DNA of 32,000 nucleotides, from positions 1,350,001 through 1,382,000 of the forward strand of contig NC_014972.1 of NCBI RefSeq assembly GCF_000186885.1. Reading direction: 5' to 3'. This document shows positions 7,831 through 14,955 of this stretch, one piece after another. The notes beneath the pieces are model-generated. The model saw nothing but the letters and a program-made list of their open reading frames with translations, was not told where the DNA came from and ran no database searches. The DNA comes from Desulfobulbus propionicus DSM 2032 (GTDB taxonomy: Bacteria > Desulfobacterota > Desulfobulbia > Desulfobulbales > Desulfobulbaceae). The stretch's first letter is position 1. Every line of letters starts with the position of its first letter. The position numbers and the translations under genes were made by a program.

Positions 7831-8115
7831 ATGCGTACTGGAAAAATCGGAGGAAAAATACTGCTGGTGGCCGGAGCGGTCATCGTCCTGGCGATGCCGG
7901 CCATGGCGGGGAATGGCAAGGGCACCTCGGCGGGCAAGGGGAGCGGTGATCGGACCCGCACCCAGAGCCGGGACGGCTCGTGTCAGGATGCCATCGAGCA
8001 GGGCACGGATGGTCAGTTGCTGGTTGGGGTCAGCGATATGATTCGGATCATGTTCGGCCAGCAAAACGGTGATCTGGAGAGGGATCAACTCCAGGACGGC
8101 TCCTGCCAGGGGTGA
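7831..8115 (+). CDS. Small secreted protein (94 aa) with two DGSCQ motifs
   Basis: Sits within ORF 7633..8115. I place the start at ATG 7831, preceded by AAGGAG (7818..7823). Signal peptide KILLVAGAVIVLAMPAMA. G/K-rich linker GNGKGTSAGKGSG. Motifs TQSRDGSCQ (DGSCQ at nt 7972..7986) and DQLQDGSCQ (DGSCQ at nt 8095..8109). No family recognised. Confidence 0.65.
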   Translation: MRTGKIGGKILLVAGAVIVLAMPAMAGNGKGTSAGKGSGDRTRTQSRDGSCQDAIEQGTDGQLLVGVSDMIRIMFGQQNGDLERDQLQDGSCQG

Positions 8116-8175
8116 GCACCATCGGCCCGGGCGGGGGAAAGGGTGTGCCTCCCTCCGCCCGGCCTCCACGGTGCG

Positions 8176-8206
8176 ACCGGAAACGGTTCACTATTCCGTT
8201 TCCGGT
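8176..8206. terminator. Stem-loop between convergent genes (possible bidirectional terminator)
   Basis: ACCGGAAACGG (8176..8186) / CCGTTTCCGGT (8196..8206), an 11-bp perfect stem with a 9-nt loop. It lies between the stops at 8115 (+) and 8225 (-). No clear U-tract on either side. Confidence 0.4.
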
Positions 8207-8224
8207 CTTGCGTGACCCGTTTCG

Positions 8225-9316
8225 TCACAGGTCGGTGAGGGCCATGAGGAAGGCGACGAGATCATCGACGTTTTGATCGCTCAGGCCCAGGTTGCCGATT
8301 TCCGACGTCATGTTGTCCTTGACGTCCGGCGCGGGCCATTCGCCGGTATCCCGTGTATTCTTGAAGACAACCATTTCCCGCAGGGTGGCGAAATAGCCGT
8401 TGTGGCCATAGGGGGCGGTCAAGGCGATGTTGCGCAGGGTCGGAACCTTGAACTTGCCGCGCTGGCTGTCGGCGTCCGCCTGAAACGTTGCCGGCGCCTC
8501 GGCGGTGGCGAGGAATCCACCCAGGCCGAAATCATCGCCGGGCACGTTATCCTCTGTGTTTTCGGGCAACCCGATATTGGCATAGGTATAGTTGGTGAAC
8601 AGCGGCCCCTTGGCGCCCGCAACCTTATCCATGGAATGGCATTGGCTACATTTGGCCACAAACAGATCCTTGCCTCTCCTTTCCTGGCTGTTCAATTGAT
8701 CGCTGTCGAAACGGGAAGAGAACGCTTGCACCTCTGGTGAGCGTTCGTAGGCGGCGATGGCCTTGGCGATATTATCCCAGGCCACTGCATAGTCGTCCAA
8801 GGAAGTGCCGCCAAAAACTTTGCGAAACAGGCGGGCATAGCTTGAGGCGCGCACCACATCGACCACCGCTTCCAGGCGGGGCATGTTCATCTCCACCGGA
8901 TTGAGCGGCGGCCCCTGGGCCTGCTCGGCCAGCGGATCGGCCAAGTTCTCGCTCAAGCCGGTGGCCCGGCCGTCCCAGAACATGCCGCCGACATATTCAC
9001 CAGCATCATTTTTCTGCAGTTCGGGGCTAAAGCCGGCATAGGCCGACGAGGGGGCGTTGCGCCCGCCCTTGCTGACCCCATCCGCTCCGAGCGAAACCAC
9101 CGTGCTGGCCGGATCACGCATGTTGGTGGGGTCGGCGAACCCGGCGACATGATGATGGCAGGTTTGGCAGGACTGGGTGCGGTTGTAGGAAAAATCCTTG
9201 TCCTGGTACATGATTTTTCCCAACTGTTCCATCTGGGTGAGCCCGGCCGCGAACAAAGGGCCGGCACAGGCTGCCGAAATCAACAACAGGGTACTGCACG
9301 CAAAACGTTTGTTCAT
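8225..9316 (-). CDS. Di-haem cytochrome c peroxidase (CCP/MauG family), 363 aa
   Basis: Signal peptide. Two haem c motifs: CQTCH and CSQCH. Family patterns: GGRNAPS, FWDGRA, VPTLRNIALTAPYGHNG. RBS AAGGAGGG upstream of ATG 9316. Confidence 0.9.
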   Translation of the reverse strand: MNKRFACSTLLLISAACAGPLFAAGLTQMEQLGKIMYQDKDFSYNRTQSCQTCHHHVAGFADPTNMRDPASTVVSLGADGVSKGGRNAPSSAYAGFSPELQKNDAGEYVGGMFWDGRATGLSENLADPLAEQAQGPPLNPVEMNMPRLEAVVDVVRASSYARLFRKVFGGTSLDDYAVAWDNIAKAIAAYERSPEVQAFSSRFDSDQLNSQERRGKDLFVAKCSQCHSMDKVAGAKGPLFTNYTYANIGLPENTEDNVPGDDFGLGGFLATAEAPATFQADADSQRGKFKVPTLRNIALTAPYGHNGYFATLREMVVFKNTRDTGEWPAPDVKDNMTSEIGNLGLSDQNVDDLVAFLMALTDL

Positions 9317-9600
9317 GGTTCCCTCCTTGTGTTGGGGTGACTCCGCCTGGACAGATCATGTGGTCAAGGCGGCGACGGCGTTGAGGACTGCGCACGCAGA
9401 CCGGACCCGAGCCGGTTTGCCGGCAACCCTCCAATCAAAGAACGTGGCGGTCGGGAAAAGGTTACAAAAAAAATGCGGGAGACGGTTCCGCGGGGGGAGT
9501 TGCCGCCGGATGTCGTGTGGGGGCAATCGGTCAGCAGGTTCGGAGGGGACAACAGGCAGGCGGCGTCGATCGCGGCGTGGGCGTCAACCATGGGCGGTTG

Positions 9601-10992
9601 TCAGCCGGGGGAGCCGAAGGGCAGGGTGACGGTGAAGGCGGTCCAGGCGGAGGCGGTGCTCTCCACGGCAATGCTGCCGCCGTGCAGTTCGACGATTCGC
9701 TTGACGATGGTCAGTCCCAGACCCGAGCCGCCATGGGTGGTGGAACGCGACTGCTCGCAACGGAAGAACTGATCGAAGACCCGCTGTTGGTCTGCAACGC
9801 CGATCCCCGGGCCGGTGTTGGCCACGACCAGGACGACCTGGCCGCCTTCGGTCCTGGTCTGGCAGCGGATCTCGCCTTCCGGTTGGTTGTAGCGGATGGC
9901 GTTGTCGAAGAGATTGATCAGCATCCGGCGCATCTTTTCCTGGTCGGCGTGGACGCGCAGCTCGCCGTCAAGCCGGCTGGTGAACCGCAGCCGCCGTTCC
10001 TGCAACAGGGGCTGAAACTCGTCGACCACGGCGGCAATCAAGGCGTTGAGGGAAAAGGTCGTGCGTTCGAGCGATTCCGACATCTCCAATCGGGAGAGGT
10101 CGAGCAAGCTTTTCACCAGCTGACTGATACGGGTCAGTGTCCGTTCCTGGGTCAGCAGCCGTTCCTGCATCGGGACTGGCAGCTGGCCGTCTTGCAACAT
10201 TTCTTCCATGGACAGTCGCAGCAGGGTGAGAGGTGTCTTCAGCTCATGGGAGGCATTGGCCACGAACTCCTTCTGGCGAAGAAAGGAATACTGCAGCCGG
10301 TTGAACATGGCGTTGAGCGAAGCGGCCAATTCGTCGATCTCGTCGCGGTTGCCGGCCAGCGGAATGCGCTTTTCCAGGGTGTTTTCCGTGATCTCGGCGC
10401 TCAAGCGGTTGATCTCCTGCACCGGCTGCAAGATCCTGCCGGCCACCTGATAACTGACCACGATCAGGATCAGGGCCGAGGCGAGCAGGGCGGAGCCGAT
10501 CATGACCGCCGATTCGATCGACTCGCCCACCAGGCTCTCCACCGGCCGGGCGACATGCACCCGATACATGACGCCATCCGTTGGCACGGTGAAGACCCGG
10601 TTCCAGAAGGCGGCGGGTTCGTCCTCTTCGTCGCTGTAAAATCGGTTCAGCGGGATGTCGGTGCGGGTCAGGTACCCCTTGCGGCCGCTGTGCAGCGGCA
10701 GATCGATTTCCCGCGCCATCCGCGAGGCAAAGAGCAACCGCCCGTCGGCATCGTACAGCCGCGCCCAGTAGAGATGGGAAAAATGCTCCAGGGCTTCGCC
10801 GCCAATTCGGGCGCCGCTTGCCTGTTCGCGGGCCAGTTCATCGACCAGGGTGTGGGCGCGGATCTCCAACTCCTGGTCAAGAAATTCGTAGGGTGTTTCC
10901 AGGCCCCAGAAAAAAACGATCAAGGACAGCACCACGCTTGAGACCAACCCTGCCAGACTGACCCACAGGGTGATGCGGTTGCGGATCTTCAT
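9601..10992 (-). CDS. Two-component sensor histidine kinase (2 TM, periplasmic loop, HAMP, HisKA, HATPase_c), 463 aa
   Basis: H-box FVANASHELKTPLT. N box LINLFDNAIRY. G boxes NTGPGI and GGSGLGLTIVKRIV. Its start overlaps the stop of the response-regulator gene by 4 nt (10989..10992). Confidence 0.9.
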   Translation of the reverse strand: MKIRNRITLWVSLAGLVSSVVLSLIVFFWGLETPYEFLDQELEIRAHTLVDELAREQASGARIGGEALEHFSHLYWARLYDADGRLLFASRMAREIDLPLHSGRKGYLTRTDIPLNRFYSDEEDEPAAFWNRVFTVPTDGVMYRVHVARPVESLVGESIESAVMIGSALLASALILIVVSYQVAGRILQPVQEINRLSAEITENTLEKRIPLAGNRDEIDELAASLNAMFNRLQYSFLRQKEFVANASHELKTPLTLLRLSMEEMLQDGQLPVPMQERLLTQERTLTRISQLVKSLLDLSRLEMSESLERTTFSLNALIAAVVDEFQPLLQERRLRFTSRLDGELRVHADQEKMRRMLINLFDNAIRYNQPEGEIRCQTRTEGGQVVLVVANTGPGIGVADQQRVFDQFFRCEQSRSTTHGGSGLGLTIVKRIVELHGGSIAVESTASAWTAFTVTLPFGSPG

Positions 10993-11669
10993 GCCTGCTC
11001 GTCCTTGGCCATGTAGCCCACGCCACGAACGGTGACGATGATCCGTCCGCCCTGATCGTTGAGTTTCTTGCGCACATTCTTGATGTGGACGTCGATGTTG
11101 TTGGACATGGTGAACGGATCGAAGGCGTCGCCCCAGACATGCTCGGCCATGGTGAAACGGGAGATGGCCCGGTTGCGGTTGTAAAAGAGAAACTCAAGCA
11201 GGCTGAACTCCTTGGGCGTGAGGCTGACCGGCTGGTTGTCGAGGGTGACGATCCGGGTGTTGGTGTCCAGGCGGATGTTGCCGATGGTCAGCACGGGACT
11301 GATCTGTTCATGGCTGCGCCGCAGCAGGGCTCGAATCCGCGCCAGCAGTTCGGCCATGGAAAAGGGCTTGTGCAGGTAATCGTCGGCCCCCAGATCCAGC
11401 CCCTTGACCCGACTGTCCACCTCGCCCTTGGCGGTCAGCATCAGCACCGGGGTCTTCACCCCCTCCGCACGCAGTTCCCGCAGGACCGTGAATCCGTCTT
11501 TTTCCGGCAGCATGAGGTCAAGCACGATCAGGTCAAAAGGATCGGCAAACACCTTTTCCAGGGCCAGGGCTCCGTCACCGGCCGTGTCCACGGTGTATTG
11601 CTGCTGCCTCAGACTCAGCGCGATCTGCTCGCGCAATTCCGGTTCATCGTCCACGATCAACACCCGCAT
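10989..11669 (-). CDS. OmpR/PhoB-family response regulator (REC + winged-helix), 226 aa
   Basis: MRVLIVDDEPEL..., phospho-acceptor context DLIVLDLMLP, LTAKG, and C-terminal LTPKEFSLLEFL...VRGVGY. RBS AAGGAGAAGGG upstream. Confidence 0.95.
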   Translation of the reverse strand: MRVLIVDDEPELREQIALSLRQQQYTVDTAGDGALALEKVFADPFDLIVLDLMLPEKDGFTVLRELRAEGVKTPVLMLTAKGEVDSRVKGLDLGADDYLHKPFSMAELLARIRALLRRSHEQISPVLTIGNIRLDTNTRIVTLDNQPVSLTPKEFSLLEFLFYNRNRAISRFTMAEHVWGDAFDPFTMSNNIDVHIKNVRKKLNDQGGRIIVTVRGVGYMAKDEQA

Positions 11670-11735
11670 GCCCTTCTCCTTGCTGTTCGTTTGTTCTTTT
11701 CCTGCCCTGCCTCTGCGCCGTTATAGCCCGTTGAC

Positions 11736-11782
11736 ATGAAGAAACGATGAAGAGCGGCGGTCCCTGTTCATCATTTCTTCAT
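11736..11782. promoter_or_regulatory. Composite palindrome: 16-nt arms ATGAAGAAACGATGAA / TTCATCATTTCTTCAT (15 of 16 complementary) with a 15-nt spacer. Each arm holds two ATGA(A/T)GA units in 11-nt phase
   Basis: Read directly from the sequence at 11736..11751 and 11767..11782. It lies in the 227-bp divergent region between the RR-HK operon (start 11669, minus) and the ICMT-family gene (plus). Direct repeats with 11-bp phasing are the usual OmpR-family site architecture. Confidence 0.4.
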
Positions 11783-11896
11783 CAAGGCTGTGGTAAGCAG
11801 CGGCCATAAAGGAAGCAATGCTTCCAGGAGATGGGAACCCGTCTTTTAGCGGCAGCGGGTGTTCCCGGTATTCACGTTCAGGAGCCAACGAAAGGT

Positions 11897-12559
11897 ATGA
11901 GAAAAAACATGCTTGTTTCACCACAGAACTGCACCACCGAATACGACATCCTTGCATGGGCCATCAAACTGCGGCAACCCGTTTCCCTCGTCGTGATTCT
12001 CCTCTGCGCGGTGATTCTGTTCACCACGCCGCCCTCCTGGCGGGGCAATGCGAGCATCGGGCTGTTGATGGATATGTCGGGGTTGGCGCTCGTCGTCCTG
12101 GCGGCCTTTGGTCGTATCTGGAGCAGCCTCTATATCAGCGGCTACAAGGAAGATCGGGTCGTCGCCGAGGGGCCCTATGCCATTGTCCGCAATCCCCTCT
12201 ATGTCTGCAGTTTTGTCGGGGCGATCGGCCTGGGATTGGCAAGCCGGCATCTCGCCGTCCTGGGGCTTGTCGTCCTTGCCTTTCTGCTCTATTATCCCGT
12301 GGTTGTCCTGGCCGAGGAACGGAATCTGCAGCGGAAATTCGGCCAGGACTACGAAGCGTACAGGCAGCGGGTGCCCCGATTTTGCCCCAAGCGATTCCCG
12401 CTCGTCGAACCGGACGCCTATCCGCTGCGGCCCCGCCATGTGCGCCGTTCGTTGCAGGAGATCCTCTGGTTTTTCTGGTCCTACCTGATCCTCCATTTGG
12501 CCGTGGTGCTGCAATCGGACTCCGTCGTCGCCGCTGCCCGCCATCTCGGCGCTCACTGA
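11897..12559 (+). CDS. Isoprenylcysteine carboxyl methyltransferase (ICMT)/phospholipid methyltransferase-family membrane protein
   Basis: Sits within ORF 11831..12559. Multi-TM protein with the family motif EGPYAIVRNPLY and the pattern EERNLQRKFGQDYEAYRQRVPRF. The start is uncertain: ATG 11897 (MRKNMLVS) is preferred, and 11831 or 11909 are possible. Confidence 0.8.
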   Translation: MRKNMLVSPQNCTTEYDILAWAIKLRQPVSLVVILLCAVILFTTPPSWRGNASIGLLMDMSGLALVVLAAFGRIWSSLYISGYKEDRVVAEGPYAIVRNPLYVCSFVGAIGLGLASRHLAVLGLVVLAFLLYYPVVVLAEERNLQRKFGQDYEAYRQRVPRFCPKRFPLVEPDAYPLRPRHVRRSLQEILWFFWSYLILHLAVVLQSDSVVAAARHLGAH

Positions 12560-12687
12560 TGGATGGCGAGGCGCTGGCGGAGGGGGAAACGCACCATGAA
12601 GCGAGCGACACGGGTGGGCAAGCTTCCACCCACCCGGAGACTCCCTGTCACGAGACGTCTGCCCGCCCATATCCCGCAACCTGCCCG

Positions 12688-14601
12688 CTACCTGCCCGCC
12701 GGCGGCGCGGTGTCGAGGTTTTCGGTGATGCGCATGCCCTGCGCCTTGAAGGCGGCAAGGTAGTCGGCGATACGCTGCCGGGCCAGGCCCAGGTCAGTGT
12801 TGTTGAGATTGATGTTGAGCAGGTCGATGAACCAGGGCAGCTTGACCGGATCGAGCACATAGGCCTCGACAATGGCCCGGGCGATCGGCAGGGTGGTGGT
12901 CTTCGATTTTTCGTGGACATCGCGGTGACCGGCGGCGAGCAGCTTGGCGTACTCCTCGTCGAGCAGGCGCAGGAAGACCTCGGCACTGAACAGATCACCG
13001 GCCTTGAGCCCCGTTTCGGGATCGTCCTCGGTGAGGGAGGCGCCCTTGTGGATCCACTCCCACAGGATGCTGACCCGGATCTCGCCGGTGGCCATGTCCT
13101 CCATCAGGTACAGGATGTCGTCGTTGCCGAAAAAGTCCGCCGGTTTCAGGGCCGCGGCCTGCATGCCCTGGCCAAAGGCGTTGCCGTACTGCAGGGCCAC
13201 GCTGAGCAGGTTGCGGGCGCCGCGCACGGTGCGCGGGGCCGGTTCGAGCAGGGTCAGGTTGGCCGCGTCCTCCTCGGTGTAGCCGAGCGGCGGGAAGCTC
13301 CGGCCCAGCTGGTTGTCTTCGCCCGCCGCTTCCCACACCGGGCGGACGATGTGCACCATCTTCCAATGGGCGACCCACTTGCCGCTCGCCCCGGCCTGCT
13401 GTTCGCGCACCGCGCCGGCCCGGGCCTTGTCCATGCTGCTGGCCACGCCCTGCTGCGAGCCGACCGGAATGTTGGGCTCCATGCCCCCCTGCCACAGGGC
13501 GCAGTTGCCGTTGGTGTCCGGGGTGTTGACCGCCCGCCGCACCCGATCCTCGTAGTGGCGCATGTAGCCGTAGGTCATGAGGATCGATTCGATGTTGGGA
13601 TTGACGAAGCCCGGGTCCCAGCAGTTGGCGTCGCACACGCTGTTGATGTAGTCCCAGCGGCCGGTGTTGTAGCCGACAAAGTGGCGGCCAAGGGCCGCCC
13701 GGATCTCCATCAGCTGGAAGGTGGCCTCCAGCTGCTCCACCAGCACGTAGGTTTTGATGGTCCCCTCGGCAAGGCCAAGATGCCCTTCGAGCGCGCTCAA
13801 GAGGTGGTTCCAGAATCCGGCCTCCTCGGCGGTCTGGATCTTGGGCAGGTAGAGGACAAGGGAAGCGCCGCGTTGTTGCAGGGCGCGGTAATTGTTGACC
13901 ACGTACAGAGTCAGGTCGACAATGGAGGCCGAGAATGAGCGGCCGTCGACCCGGAGGTGACGGTCGTCGAGATGGAGGCCGCGGGCACGGAAGATGACCG
14001 TGGTGCGATCGAGCTGGGTCCGCCAGTCGGCGATGATCTCGCGGCCGAGAAAGCCCCGCGCCCAGGTATTCATCTCGCCGGCCACCTGTTCGGCCACCTC
14101 CAGAAAGAGCGGGTCACGGGCAAGGGCCCGCTTGAGACTGCGCTGGTTGTCGAGCGACATGGCGGTGATCTGACCCAGGGCATCCTCGCCGTCGAACATC
14201 CAGCCGTCGGCCCCGGAGAGCAGGGCATAGGCGACGTTGCGCAGGCTCGACTCGATGGGGGCATTGGGTTTGGCGGCCGGGCCGGTGCCCTGGATCCATT
14301 GCCGCCGCAGATCGAGCGGGATCTCCGCGCCGATGAAGTTCCCCTCCCGGGCGTCGCCCACCCGGATCGTGGTGCCTGGAATCAGGGCTTCGGGATCAAG
14401 AAAGGCGAGGGGCCGTCGCTCCCGAATGCGGGCCGCCCGCCGCCGCATCCGTTCGTCCATCAACCGTTTCTGCTTATCGCCAAGTCTGGCCATGAAGCCG
14501 AGCGCCGCCAGGGCCTCGGGAGTGTAGATGTCGGCATACTCGGTGGCCAGTTGGTCTCTGATCTGCACATTCGGGTGAGTGGTGAGTGTCGTTGTGCGCA
14601 T
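12688..14601 (-). CDS. Malate synthase (637 aa)
   Basis: Sits within ORF 12688..14733. I place the start at ATG 14601 (MRTTTLTTHPNVQIRDQL), preceded by GGGAGGA. Segments resembling AceB motifs: FRARGLHLDDRH (cf. RPRGWHL), LYLPKIQTAEEAGFWNHLL (cf. FYLPKLES..EARLWN), GYNTGRWDYINS (cf. NCGRWDYIFS). Confidence 0.9.
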   Translation of the reverse strand: MRTTTLTTHPNVQIRDQLATEYADIYTPEALAALGFMARLGDKQKRLMDERMRRRAARIRERRPLAFLDPEALIPGTTIRVGDAREGNFIGAEIPLDLRRQWIQGTGPAAKPNAPIESSLRNVAYALLSGADGWMFDGEDALGQITAMSLDNQRSLKRALARDPLFLEVAEQVAGEMNTWARGFLGREIIADWRTQLDRTTVIFRARGLHLDDRHLRVDGRSFSASIVDLTLYVVNNYRALQQRGASLVLYLPKIQTAEEAGFWNHLLSALEGHLGLAEGTIKTYVLVEQLEATFQLMEIRAALGRHFVGYNTGRWDYINSVCDANCWDPGFVNPNIESILMTYGYMRHYEDRVRRAVNTPDTNGNCALWQGGMEPNIPVGSQQGVASSMDKARAGAVREQQAGASGKWVAHWKMVHIVRPVWEAAGEDNQLGRSFPPLGYTEEDAANLTLLEPAPRTVRGARNLLSVALQYGNAFGQGMQAAALKPADFFGNDDILYLMEDMATGEIRVSILWEWIHKGASLTEDDPETGLKAGDLFSAEVFLRLLDEEYAKLLAAGHRDVHEKSKTTTLPIARAIVEAYVLDPVKLPWFIDLLNINLNNTDLGLARQRIADYLAAFKAQGMRITENLDTAPPAGR

Positions 14602-14955
14602 GGAAGTGATCCTCCCGACGAGGTGGTGTGTGTTACTCTGTGGTGCCGGTGTGGCAGTGGCCGCAGCCCGTGGCCAACAAGAAATTGCACGCTCGATTCT
14701 TTTGGTTCGGCCTCCATGGGGTCGTCGCGCCATGCGGGCTGAACACCATTACTCGACACCAAAATGGGGTCGGCCGCAACAGCAAATCATTCGATTGCCG
14801 CAACCGGATCGGCGGATCGACGTCAAGGCCCGGCGTGGCCATTCAGTCGTGTGGCCCCCCGGGAGAAGGAGACGAAGGCTTCACGAGGGCGAAAGGCCTG
14901 GATGAGATCGTTGCGGTGTTGTATAAAAGGGGCTCTCCCCGCTGGCGCGCAATGA

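Noticed and set aside
9466-9491. A8 tract (T8 on the minus strand) next to a short stem, as a possible terminator of the RR-HK operon.
   Set aside because: On the minus-strand RNA the stem is only 4 contiguous bp (GCGG/CCGC) before a mismatch. The element lies 110-135 nt past the kinase stop. It could equally be an UP-like element of the peroxidase promoter.
14602-14955. Searched the malate synthase leader for a glycine riboswitch. Also searched the 3040..3459 region for a GEMM-I c-di-GMP/cGAMP riboswitch, which is common in Geobacter-like genomes.
   Set aside because: I could not find the conserved cores as I remember them (ACCGAAGGGGCAA-type for glycine; GGCAAACC...GACGCAAAGC for GEMM-I). 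Only an Infernal scan could settle it.
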